A stretch of DNA of 64,000 nt from Candidatus Woesearchaeota archaeon. GTDB lineage: Archaea; Nanobdellota; Nanobdellia; SCGC-AAA011-G17; GW2011-AR17. Below, piece by piece: positions 19,705-29,249 of this stretch. Location: contig CAYPLB010000005.1 in the NCBI GenBank assembly GCA_964411565.1, positions 24,536 to 88,535 on the forward strand. Direction: 5' to 3'. The notes under the pieces are model-generated. The model did no database searches. It was not told where the DNA came from and saw nothing but the letters and a program-made list of their open reading frames with translations. A program made the position numbers and the translations under genes. Each line of letters opens with the position of its first letter. Positions within the stretch are counted from its first letter, which is position 1.

Positions 19705-20262
19705 TTAAATTTTTCCTATTAAATCAACACCTGGACTTAATGTTTCCATTCCAGGCATCCAACTTGCAGGACATACTTTTCCATTACTATCTCTAACAAA
19801 TTGTGCAGCTTGTATTTTCCTAAGTAATTCTTTAGAATTTCTTCCTATACTATTATCATGAATCTCAGCAGCTTTAACATTACCATCTGGATCAATAATA
19901 AAAGTACCTCTCAATGAAACTCCTTCATCTTCTATATAAGTTCCATAAGCTTTTGCAACTCTTCCTGTAGGATCTGCTAACATTGGAAATTTTATTTTCT
20001 TTATTGTTTCAGAACTATCATGCCAAGCTTTATGTACAAATGCTGTATCTGTACTAACACTAATAATTTCGACATTAAGATTCTTAAAATGTTCATAATG
20101 ATCTGCCAATTCTCCTAATTCAGTTGGACAAATAAAAGTAAAATCTGCTGGATAGAAAAATAACACAACCCACTTTCCTTTATAATCTTCTAATTTTATT
20201 TTACTTATGTCTCCATTATAATATGCATCTTCTACAAAATTTACTGCTTTTTCATTTATCAT
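19705..20262 (-). CDS. Peroxiredoxin (AhpC/TSA 2-Cys family)
   Basis: Peroxidatic Cys context FTFICPTE; a C-terminal Cys is also present. Confidence 0.8.
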   Translation of the reverse strand: MINEKAVNFVEDAYYNGDISKIKLEDYKGKWVVLFFYPADFTFICPTELGELADHYEHFKNLNVEIISVSTDTAFVHKAWHDSSETIKKIKFPMLADPTGRVAKAYGTYIEDEGVSLRGTFIIDPDGNVKAAEIHDNSIGRNSKELLRKIQAAQFVRDSNGKVCPASWMPGMETLSPGVDLIGKI

Positions 20263-20265
20263 TTT

Positions 20266-20625
20266 TTACTCCTTTAACAAAGATTCAATCTTTGATTTTA
20301 ATGCTGGTTTAGGCAAAAAACCTGTGATTCTATTAATCTCTTTACCATCTTTTATCAAAACTAATGTTGGAATACTTCTAACTCCATATTCATTAGCAAT
20401 TGAATTATTCTCGTCTATATTTACCTTAGCAAATTTTAGTTTTCCTTCAAAATCTTCACTAAGTTCTTCAAAAACTGGTGCAATCATTCTACATGGTCCA
20501 CACCATTCTGCCCAGAAATCAATAATAACTGGTAACTTTGAATCTTTTACTTCTTTTTCATAATTATTTTCATTTACTTCATTTACTGTCATTTTAATTT
20601 CTCCCACAATCCTTACAGATTCCAT
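20266..20625 (-). CDS. trxA: Thioredoxin
   Basis: WAEWCGPC active site. Confidence 0.8.
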   Translation of the reverse strand: MESVRIVGEIKMTVNEVNENNYEKEVKDSKLPVIIDFWAEWCGPCRMIAPVFEELSEDFEGKLKFAKVNIDENNSIANEYGVRSIPTLVLIKDGKEINRITGFLPKPALKSKIESLLKE

Positions 20626-20986
20626 TGAATATTACATTTACACATTTTGCTTCAAATCCTTTTACATTAATTTTTTTTAATGCATACTTAGAAATTTCTT
20701 CTTGAAATACATCCATAATTTTTCCACATTCATTACAAACACAATGTTGATGTTTACATAGATCACCATCAAAGTGGAACTCATTATTAATTTCCAACTT
20801 AAGAATTTCACCATCTTCTGCTAAAATATTTAAGTTTCTATAGACAGTACCTAAACTAACATTAGGTATGTCATTTTTTACACCACTATAAACCATTTCA
20901 GCTGTTGGATGCGTCTTCACACTCTTTAGATAATTCAATATCTTTTGCCTTTGGAAACTTATCCTTCTTCGTCTATTAGGAATCAT
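20594..20986 (-). CDS. Fur family metalloregulator (PerR-like)
   Basis: N-terminal [14 protein letters not shown]; C-terminal [11 protein letters not shown] ... CKDCG metal sites; located in an operon with sod, prx and trx. Confidence 0.7.
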   Translation of the reverse strand: MIPNRRRRISFQRQKILNYLKSVKTHPTAEMVYSGVKNDIPNVSLGTVYRNLNILAEDGEILKLEINNEFHFDGDLCKHQHCVCNECGKIMDVFQEEISKYALKKINVKGFEAKCVNVIFNGICKDCGRN

Positions 20987-21060
20987 TACTAATTAAGAAT
21001 AATTACTACTTTATAAGTTTTTCGAATCTATAATATAATAAAAAAAGAATTATTCTAGTT

Positions 21061-21177
21061 TAAATGGTTTTATTTTACCAGCTTTTAAATCTTCTAAACC
21101 TTGTACTAATTGTTTAATTAACTCATTTTGTTCTTTTAATAATTTTAATTCATTACCATTCTTCTTCATATTAATAA
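21061..21177 (-). CDS. Small ORF (39 aa) downstream of the RelE-like gene, possibly its partner
   Basis: GGAGG lies 8 nt upstream of the ATG; product MKKNGNELKLLKEQNELIKQLVQGLEDLKAGKIKPFKLE; not in the ORF track. Confidence 0.3.
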
Positions 21178-21209
21178 ATACCTCCTTATTATATTTAAAT
21201 ATTTTGTTT

Positions 21210-21541
21210 TTAATCATTTTCGAAATTTTTTATATAATTTTTAAAATATCCTAATTTTTCTTTTATATCATTAATTATTTTATCTTGAATTTTTTTATTA
21301 CTTACAGAAACTAATAAAACAATAAGTTCATCTTCATATATTAAATAATATAGTCTAAAATTTTTAATTTTTAATTCTCTAAAAAATATATATCCTAAAG
21401 GCTTACCTCTACCATAAGGATTATCCTTTAATTTTAATATTTGTTTTTTAAAATATTTTTGTAAATTTTTTGGAAATTTTTTGGAATAATTTTTCTAAAA
21501 TTTTCATCAAAATCATTAGATTCAAAAATTTTATACTTCAT
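21210..21541 (-). pseudogene. RelE/ParE-family toxin gene carrying a frameshift in a poly-A tract
   Basis: Minus-strand frame 1 gives MKYKIFESNDFDENFRKIIPKNFQKIYKNILKNKY*. The adjacent frame continues KLKDNPYGRGKPLGYIFFRELKIKNFRLYYLIYEDELIVLLVSVSNKKIQDK..., the hallmark RelE/ParE core. The frames switch within the A6/T6 run near 21440-21450; absent from the ORF track. Confidence 0.55.
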
Positions 21542-21620
21542 ACACTCATTTGACTATGATAAATTAAAAAGAATTACTTTAAAAAAACTGAAAAATTTTC
21601 AACATTTATGAAAAAAAGAA

Positions 21621-21869
21621 TTATTCTTCACTTTCTTCAACTTTAATTGCCTGTCCTGGACAGATTTCTGAAGCTTCCTTAGCATTTTTTGGATCTTCAG
21701 TTTCTAAAACCCAAACTTCTTTCCCATCTTCATCCTTTTTTACAGATTCTTTTAACTTAGAGATATAAGTTTCTTCATCCATTTCAAATAATTCTGCTTC
21801 TACTCCAGCACATGCACCACATCCAATACATTTCTCTGGGTATAATTTTATAGTATACTTTTTTGCCAT
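21621..21869 (-). CDS. Ferredoxin (single 4Fe-4S cluster type)
   Basis: CIGCGAC...CP motif in an 82-aa acidic protein. Confidence 0.7.
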   Translation of the reverse strand: MAKKYTIKLYPEKCIGCGACAGVEAELFEMDEETYISKLKESVKKDEDGKEVWVLETEDPKNAKEASEICPGQAIKVEESEE

Positions 21870-22017
21870 AACACAATTTCATTTCTATAAGTATATAAAA
21901 TTAACTAAAAAAATGTTACTTTCTAACTTCTTATCATACTAAATCACTCCAATAGAAAGATTAATAAACACTCAATTTTCTAGCCAGTTGGCAATAAATA
22001 TAAAAAGGTTTTAAAAA

Positions 22018-22707
22018 ATGAATAAAATAATAAATAGAATATTTGTATTATTTATATTAATGCTGTTTGTTTTTAGTAATTTTGTAATGGCAGCAGAGAC
22101 AAATGATACATTTTTTGATGTAACTGCTTCAGAGGAGCAGAGAGAATATATTATGATAGATTTAATGGAACTTCAAGATAGTGATCTTTTTGTTGAATAT
22201 GTGTCAATGTTTGAAGGTCAATATGATGCACAGTTTGTTTATGATATTCCTAATTCTGTAATTAACTATGAGATTATTGATGAGAGTGATTTATTAATTA
22301 CTGTTGAGTTATTAGGAATTGATGCTATCATGCAGGATTGGCAAAATATTGTTGATTCTATGGTTATATATGGTGAAGTTAAGGGATATGTTACATCTAG
22401 ACCTCTTAAAATAGTAGGACATGTTACTTCAAGAGAGCTTACTCCTGATGAATTAGAAGATTTAGGTACAATATCACGTGATAAAAATGGTAAAATAATA
22501 ACTTCATCAGATGATGATGATGATGATTTTTGGCATGATCCTGAACTTCCAGATTATATACTTGTAAAGATAGTTAATGAAAATGATATTTATTATGTTT
22601 CATTAGATTTTTATCTTTATGTTTTAGAATCAAGTATAAATCAAAATTTGTCTTCAGAATATGAAAGTTTAGTTTCAGCTAATATTGTTGAAGTTTTTGT
22701 TTATTAA
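22018..22707 (+). CDS. Secreted hypothetical protein
   Basis: Signal peptide MNKIINRIFVLFILMLFVFSNFVMAA; poly-Asp tract. Confidence 0.5.
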   Translation: MNKIINRIFVLFILMLFVFSNFVMAAETNDTFFDVTASEEQREYIMIDLMELQDSDLFVEYVSMFEGQYDAQFVYDIPNSVINYEIIDESDLLITVELLGIDAIMQDWQNIVDSMVIYGEVKGYVTSRPLKIVGHVTSRELTPDELEDLGTISRDKNGKIITSSDDDDDDFWHDPELPDYILVKIVNENDIYYVSLDFYLYVLESSINQNLSSEYESLVSANIVEVFVY

Positions 22708-22778
22708 CTTTTTTCTTTTTTTCAGTTATGTTCAAAAAAGCAAAACCTTTTTTAATACTTAACACCCAAATATAGAAA

Positions 22779-23012
22779 ATGCAAGTAAAATTAAGTTTTG
22801 ACACTGAAAATGAAAGTTTGGACAATCTAAAAAAATTAGTTGAAGCATTACAAAAATTAATTTCTCATAGAGAAGGTAAACCCATTTCTCAAGAAATAAA
22901 AAAGGAAGAACCTAAAAAAGTAGCTTCAAAAACTGGTGGTGGATGTAGAGTTGTTCCATATGAAGATATGTCTGATAAAATGGCAAGTTTACTTTCTGGA
23001 AGAAGGTATTAA
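22779..23012 (+). CDS. Small hypothetical protein
   Basis: 77-aa ORF. Confidence 0.35.
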   Translation: MQVKLSFDTENESLDNLKKLVEALQKLISHREGKPISQEIKKEEPKKVASKTGGGCRVVPYEDMSDKMASLLSGRRY

Positions 23013-24109
23013 TTATCCAATTGAGCTGGCATTATACCAAATGGGTTATAAGTATGTTGTAAACCATGAACATTAGTTAACAAATCATAAGCTTCTAAAT
23101 CTTCTTTACTAAATTCTAATTCTGGATTACTAGAAAGATCATATTGCATTTCAGCATTTTGTAAGAAATCTACTGCATAAGCATCATCTACATTAGTAAA
23201 TTCCTTGCTAACATTTACCCAAAATTTAAAATTACCATCAATTGAATCAACATCATTTAAAATAATTCTTCCAATAGGAATTAATCTATTTCTTTCATTT
23301 TCATCAGTTTCTTGATTAGCTTTTCTTAATAAAAGTCTAGCACATTTTATACTTCCAAAAATAAACTCATTATTAGCTTTTATATTTAGTTCACTTCGAT
23401 CTAAAAAATTATCTAAATTAACATCTTCAATAATATTTATTAATGGATTTGTAACTTCTCTGTATAACTCAACAAATTCCTCAGCATAATTAAAATATTC
23501 TTTTTCATCCATATATGAAATAACTTTTCTTAAAGCAGTTAAATGTAACAAATAATTATTAACTTTTTCATCTTCGCTAAAAACTTCACTTTCATCATTT
23601 AATTTGAATCCTTCTCTAAAATAATATAAAGATTTCCTAAAATCATTAAATTTTTCTGCTGAAAAAACACCTAACATTCTATAAGTAAATTCTCTAGCAC
23701 CTAATAAAAAATCATTTTCTTCATATTCTTCAGAAGCAATTAATACTTTTTCAAGATCTGATAAACCTTCATTAGGCTTTTCTAATTGAAATTTAACATA
23801 TCCTCTCTCCATATAACTTTTTGCTAATAAAAACTTATCATCTGAACAAGTTTCTGAAATACTAATAGCTCCTGTTAATAAATTTTCAGATGCCCTTAAA
23901 GTTTTATTTTGATAAGCTTCAACTCCATTTTGAATTAAAAAAGCAATATATCCATTTATTTGATCTTCCTCAATTATTGATCTAAATGTATAAAATCTTC
24001 GATTTGCTTCTTCAAAATCTCCATTAGCATAATACTCACTACATTCCATTAATAGAAAATAACTAATATGAAATTGATCTAAGGTATATTGTTTAATTTC
24101 TTCAGACAT
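23009..24109 (-). CDS. Hypothetical protein (possibly alpha-helical repeat)
   Basis: 366-aa ORF; no motif recognised. Confidence 0.5.
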   Translation of the reverse strand: MSEEIKQYTLDQFHISYFLLMECSEYYANGDFEEANRRFYTFRSIIEEDQINGYIAFLIQNGVEAYQNKTLRASENLLTGAISISETCSDDKFLLAKSYMERGYVKFQLEKPNEGLSDLEKVLIASEEYEENDFLLGAREFTYRMLGVFSAEKFNDFRKSLYYFREGFKLNDESEVFSEDEKVNNYLLHLTALRKVISYMDEKEYFNYAEEFVELYREVTNPLINIIEDVNLDNFLDRSELNIKANNEFIFGSIKCARLLLRKANQETDENERNRLIPIGRIILNDVDSIDGNFKFWVNVSKEFTNVDDAYAVDFLQNAEMQYDLSSNPELEFSKEDLEAYDLLTNVHGLQHTYNPFGIMPAQLDN

Positions 24110-24140
24110 ATAAAAAAAAATTAACTATTAATTTATAAAT

Positions 24141-24734
24141 CTAACCATTAAAATCTTTTAAACTCTTTTGTTGCTTTTTTCTTCCTACTAAAGAGGCAAT
24201 TACTTCAAAATCTTTCTTCATTTCCTCTAACATTACAGGATTCCTTCCAGAATATAAAAAAGAAGCAGGATGTATCACAGGAACTACAGATCTTCCATTT
24301 AAATCAAATATTTTTCCTTTTATAGACTTTATTCCAGTTTTCTTAATAATTCTTTCAGTTGCAAAATTGCCTATTGTAACAATAACATCTGGATCCATTA
24401 CAGAAATTAATCTATCTAATCTATTTCTACAGTTCTCAACTTCTTCTTTCTTAGGATTTCTATTATTCTCAGGTCTACACAAAATTGTATTTGTAATAAA
24501 AATATCTTCTCTATCAAAACCAATATGGGATAATAATTGATTCAAAATCTGTCCAGACATCCCACAGAACGGAATTCCTTGCTTATCTTCATTTGCTCCT
24601 GGTGCTTCTCCAATAAATAAAATCTTAGCTTTCTTATTTCCTGAACCAAAAACCACTTGATTTCTACTATTAACTAAATCTCCACACTTCTCACATTTAG
24701 AATATTCACATTTTAATTCATCAAACATAAACAT
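24141..24734 (-). CDS. udg: Uracil-DNA glycosylase, family 4
   Basis: GEAPGANEDKQGIPFCGMSGQIL motif, with an N-terminal Cys pair for the Fe-S cluster. Confidence 0.75.
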   Translation of the reverse strand: MFMFDELKCEYSKCEKCGDLVNSRNQVVFGSGNKKAKILFIGEAPGANEDKQGIPFCGMSGQILNQLLSHIGFDREDIFITNTILCRPENNRNPKKEEVENCRNRLDRLISVMDPDVIVTIGNFATERIIKKTGIKSIKGKIFDLNGRSVVPVIHPASFLYSGRNPVMLEEMKKDFEVIASLVGRKKQQKSLKDFNG

Positions 24735-24824
24735 ATAATTTTTTATTCAATTAATAAACTTTCTCAAAAATATACAACCTAATACAACTTTCTTTAAAAA
24801 CTCTTTATTCTAGTAACTTTATAC

Positions 24825-26534
24825 ATGACTAAATTCATAGTTGTGGTTGGTGGTGTTATTAGTGGAGTAGGTAAAGGTGTCTCATCCGCTTCTATAGGTA
24901 AAATTCTCCAAAAATATGGTTTTTCTGTTACTGCAATAAAAATTGATCCATATATGAACTGTGATGCAGGAACTTTAAGACCAACAGAACATGGTGAAGT
25001 ATGGGTTACTGATGATGGTGGAGAAATAGATCAAGATTTAGGAAACTATGAAAGATTCTTAGATCAAAACATTCCTAAATTAAATAACATAACTACAGGT
25101 CAAGTTTACAGAACTGTAATAGAAAAAGAAAGAAAAGGTGAATATTTAGGAAAAACTGTACAAATTATTCCTCACATTCCAGAAGAAATAAAAAGAAGAG
25201 TATTAGAATCATCAAAAGGTTTTGATTTTGTTATTATAGAAATTGGTGGTACAATTGGTGACTACGAAAATGTTCCTTTCTTATTTACAATGAAAGCATT
25301 AGAAAGAGAATTTGGTAAAGAAAATGTTCTTTATGTTCTTGTTACATATCTTTTGGTTCCAAGGCACATGGAAGAAATGAAAACCAAACCAACTCAACAA
25401 GCTATAAAATTATTAAGTGAAGCTGCTGGTATTTTCCCTGATTTAATCTTTTGTAGAGGTCCATTCCCTTTAGATGATGTTCGGAGAAGAAAAATAGAAT
25501 CTTCTGCAAATATTCCTAAAGATTCAATTATTTCAGAACCTGACATTGACACAATTTACAGAGTTCCTTTAGACTTAGAAGAAGAAAATGTAGGTTTAAA
25601 GATATTAAAAAAATGTAATTTATATCCTAAGTCAAATCCAAATTGGGAACATTGGGAAAATTTAGTAAAAAATATTGTAGATCCTGCTAAAAAAATAAAA
25701 ATTGCTATTGTTGGAAAATATGTAGATGTTGGAAATTTTACTTTAACAGATTCTTATGTTTCAATTAATCAAGCACTAATCCATGCAGGTGCAAACTTAA
25801 ATGTAAAAGTAGAAATTATTTGGGTCAATTCTAAAGATTTAGAAAAAGATCTTTCTGAGTTAGAAAAATTAAAAGAATATCAAGGAATTTTAGTTCCAGG
25901 TGGTTTTGGTTCTTCAGGTATTGAAGGAAAAATTAAAGCTATTCAATTTGCAAGAGAAAATAATATTCCTTTCTTAGGTTTATGTTATGGGATGCAAATG
26001 GCTCTAGTTGAATTTGCAAGAAACATTTTAAATTTAGAAAATGCTAACACAACTGAAGTAAATCCTAATACTCCTCATCCTGTTGTAGATATTTTGCCTG
26101 CACAAAAAGAGTTAATGAAGAATAAGGATTATGGTGGAACAATGCGTCTTGGTGCATATGCAGCAATTCTAAAAAAGGATTCACAAACTTACAAACTTTA
26201 TGAAGAAACTCAAAGGTTAGAAAAAGATCAAGAACAAATAAATGAAATTTCTAGTGAAAGACTAGGTAAATTAGAATCTTCAGAAAATGTTATTCTTGAA
26301 AGGCACAGGCATAGATGGGAAGTTTCTCCTAAATATGTTGAAAAGTTTGAAGAAAAAGGTATGGTGTTCTCAGGGCATCATGTAAGAGAATCTGATAATA
26401 TGAAACTAATGGAATTCATAGAATTACCTTCACATAAATTCTTTTTAGCAACTCAAGGACATCCAGAATTCAAATCAAGATTAGACGATCCTTCTCCTAT
26501 GTTTTTAGGCTTTGTAAGGGCATGTATTAGTTAA
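24825..26534 (+). CDS. pyrG: CTP synthase
   Basis: N-terminal VVVGGVISGVGKG and GATase-I GLCYGMQMA. Confidence 0.85.
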   Translation: MTKFIVVVGGVISGVGKGVSSASIGKILQKYGFSVTAIKIDPYMNCDAGTLRPTEHGEVWVTDDGGEIDQDLGNYERFLDQNIPKLNNITTGQVYRTVIEKERKGEYLGKTVQIIPHIPEEIKRRVLESSKGFDFVIIEIGGTIGDYENVPFLFTMKALEREFGKENVLYVLVTYLLVPRHMEEMKTKPTQQAIKLLSEAAGIFPDLIFCRGPFPLDDVRRRKIESSANIPKDSIISEPDIDTIYRVPLDLEEENVGLKILKKCNLYPKSNPNWEHWENLVKNIVDPAKKIKIAIVGKYVDVGNFTLTDSYVSINQALIHAGANLNVKVEIIWVNSKDLEKDLSELEKLKEYQGILVPGGFGSSGIEGKIKAIQFARENNIPFLGLCYGMQMALVEFARNILNLENANTTEVNPNTPHPVVDILPAQKELMKNKDYGGTMRLGAYAAILKKDSQTYKLYEETQRLEKDQEQINEISSERLGKLESSENVILERHRHRWEVSPKYVEKFEEKGMVFSGHHVRESDNMKLMEFIELPSHKFFLATQGHPEFKSRLDDPSPMFLGFVRACIS

Positions 26535-27954
26535 CTTTTTTCAACACAGGTCCTTTATCTCCATCTTCTACTAAATAACCTTTTTTCTTAATTTTATCTC
26601 TTAACTCATCAGCATCATTCCAATGTTTATTTAGTCTAGCATGTTCTCTTTCTTCTAACAATCTTTGAACATCTTCTGGAATTTCTAAACTTTTTATATC
26701 TTCTAAACCTAGCCCTAGAACTCTATCAAATTCCATTAAAGAATCATATCTTTCCTTACTATTTACTTCTTCATCTTTAACCATATCCCAAACTGCAGCT
26801 AAAGCTTGAGGCATATTCAAATCATCATTGATAGCAGCTTGAAATCTTTCAATATATTCTTCAACAGCTCTTTCTCCTTCATCTTTTTGCATTAACTCTA
26901 AAACTTTATTTCTTAATTTGTTTAAAGAATTTTGTGCACCATCAAGACTTTCCAATGTAAAAATCATTTGTTTTCTATAAATACTTCCTAAACAAAGATA
27001 TCTAAAAGCTAAAGGATCATAACCTTTCTTAATCAGGTCATCTAACAAATAAACGTTACCTAAGGACTTACTCATTTTTTCCTTTGCTAAAGTTAAATGT
27101 TCTCCATGCATCCAATATTTTACCCAAGGTTTTTTTCCAGTAGAAGATTCAGTTTGTGCAATTTCATTTGTATGATGTACAGGAATATGTTCTACACCTC
27201 CTGTATGAATATCAAATTGTTCTCCTAAATATTTCACACTCATAGCTGAACACTCTACATGCCATCCAGGGAATCCATCAGACCAAGGAGACTTCCATTG
27301 CATGATATGATTTTTATGCTTACCTACAGCTTTAAACCAAAGTACAAAATCCTCAGGATTTTTCTTTTCTTTATCTACTTCAACTCTAGCTCCAGCTTCT
27401 AAACTTTCTAATTTTAATCTTGCTAATTTCCCATAATTCTTAAACTTTGAGATATCAAAATAAACACAAGAATCACTTTCATAAGTAAAACCATTTTTTT
27501 CAATTTTCTTAATCATTTCAATCATATCTTTTACATGTTCAGTAGCTTTACAATAAACTTCAGCAGGGAGAATATTTACTTTCACCATATCATCTTGCCA
27601 TTTCGCTTCATATTTTTTTGCTATAGTTAACAATGATTCCTCAGAAATATCTAGTTTCTCTCTTTTCAGAGCCTTTATCATTTTATCTTCACCAGAATCT
27701 GCATCAGAAGTTAAATGTCCAACATCAGTAATATTAATTACTTGTTTAACTTTATATTTGTTAAATAATAAAACTCTTTTTAATATATCATTAAATATAT
27801 AATTCCTTAAATTTCCTATGTGTTGATAATGGTATACGGTCGGGCCACAAGCATAAATTCTAGCTTCACTTTTATTCAAAGGACTAAATATCTCTTTTTC
27901 CTTAGACATTGTATTATATAGTCTTAATTGCATATCCAATATAATAAAATTCAA
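26527..27954 (-). CDS. cysS: Cysteinyl-tRNA synthetase
   Basis: HIGN (HIGH) and KMSKSLGN motifs. Confidence 0.85.
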   Translation of the reverse strand: MNFIILDMQLRLYNTMSKEKEIFSPLNKSEARIYACGPTVYHYQHIGNLRNYIFNDILKRVLLFNKYKVKQVINITDVGHLTSDADSGEDKMIKALKREKLDISEESLLTIAKKYEAKWQDDMVKVNILPAEVYCKATEHVKDMIEMIKKIEKNGFTYESDSCVYFDISKFKNYGKLARLKLESLEAGARVEVDKEKKNPEDFVLWFKAVGKHKNHIMQWKSPWSDGFPGWHVECSAMSVKYLGEQFDIHTGGVEHIPVHHTNEIAQTESSTGKKPWVKYWMHGEHLTLAKEKMSKSLGNVYLLDDLIKKGYDPLAFRYLCLGSIYRKQMIFTLESLDGAQNSLNKLRNKVLELMQKDEGERAVEEYIERFQAAINDDLNMPQALAAVWDMVKDEEVNSKERYDSLMEFDRVLGLGLEDIKSLEIPEDVQRLLEEREHARLNKHWNDADELRDKIKKKGYLVEDGDKGPVLKKVN

Positions 27955-27975
27955 TCTTATAAAAGTTTGGTATAA

Positions 27976-28413
27976 TTATTTATCTCTTTTCAAGAAAATT
28001 CCTCGATCCATTCTATGTTTCATAACTTGGATCTTACCTTCTTCACCAACATATTTCCCATATCCTAAGTTTTCATCATGCTCATTCTGTACTAATTTCA
28101 AGAAACCTATTTTCTTTTCACCTTCAATTCTTAAAACATGTCTAACTCGTAAATGCTTTCCATACAAAAAATCCATTTCTCCAATATCTTTAACAAAAAT
28201 CTTTTCATTTGACATTTTTGAAATTAAATCTAACAATCCAAATGAAGGAACAAATTTATCATTTTCTTCATGACCTAATAATAAACCAAAAAATTTCTCT
28301 TTTACATTCAATCTATTTTCTTCCAGTTTTTTATTCTCTAAAAAATACTTTTTACCAATTTTCACAAATTTAATTTCTTTATCTGTAAATTTTTTAACAA
28401 AAGTATCTAACAT
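27976..28413 (-). CDS. Hypothetical protein
   Basis: 145-aa ORF. Confidence 0.45.
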   Translation of the reverse strand: MLDTFVKKFTDKEIKFVKIGKKYFLENKKLEENRLNVKEKFFGLLLGHEENDKFVPSFGLLDLISKMSNEKIFVKDIGEMDFLYGKHLRVRHVLRIEGEKKIGFLKLVQNEHDENLGYGKYVGEEGKIQVMKHRMDRGIFLKRDK

Positions 28414-29249
28414 TTTCTCAACCTCGCAATAAAAAATCCTATAGTATTTGTTTTATGTGGCCACAATCTTTTACAAAACTTCATATTTTTATCTAATTTC
28501 TTTCCAAATATATTAATCAGGCCATTATCTCCAATACAATCAATTTTCTCTAATTTAACATCAAAATTATCTAAAGCATATTGTATAACAAACTCATCTT
28601 CTTCTGGTTCTAAGGAACAAGTACTATAAACTAAAACTCCATCTTTATTCAACAAAGAAATAGCATGTCCAATAAATTCTTTTTGCAATTCACTTCTTTC
28701 TTCTACTCTTTTCAAATTATTCTTTCTCAACCAATTATTTTCCAGCATAAAATTACCAGAACATGGAGCATCTAATAAAATATAATCAAACTTTTTCTTC
28801 ACAGCTCTAAAATCCATCAAATAAGCAATACAATTATCAACTCCCAACCTTTCTAAGTTATTTTCTAAAACACTTAATCTTTCTGCTTTATTTTCTACAG
28901 CAACAACATCACAATACTCTGATAACTGACTTGTTTTACCTCCTGGAGCAGCACAAGCATCTAAAACCAAACCTTTAGGTTTCATAACTTCTACAGGGAT
29001 TTGTGTTGCTGCTTCTTGGATATAGAATAAACCTAACAAATACTCAGGACAACTCACTAAATTGAATCTAGAACTTTTTACATAAAATGCATTTTTCAAA
29101 AAAGGAACTTTTTCTAAAACAACCTTTCTCTTTTCTAACCTTTCTTTCAATTCATTGGGACTAATTTTCTTAGTATTAACTCTTATACATCTATCTAGCT
29201 TAACTACCTTCAAATCTCCGTCCATTTGCTTATATCTTTCCTTAAACAT
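28407..29249 (-). CDS. NOL1/NOP2/Sun family RNA cytosine-C5 methyltransferase
   Basis: SAM-binding DACAAPGGKT; catalytic VYSTCS. Confidence 0.75.
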   Translation of the reverse strand: MFKERYKQMDGDLKVVKLDRCIRVNTKKISPNELKERLEKRKVVLEKVPFLKNAFYVKSSRFNLVSCPEYLLGLFYIQEAATQIPVEVMKPKGLVLDACAAPGGKTSQLSEYCDVVAVENKAERLSVLENNLERLGVDNCIAYLMDFRAVKKKFDYILLDAPCSGNFMLENNWLRKNNLKRVEERSELQKEFIGHAISLLNKDGVLVYSTCSLEPEEDEFVIQYALDNFDVKLEKIDCIGDNGLINIFGKKLDKNMKFCKRLWPHKTNTIGFFIARLRKC

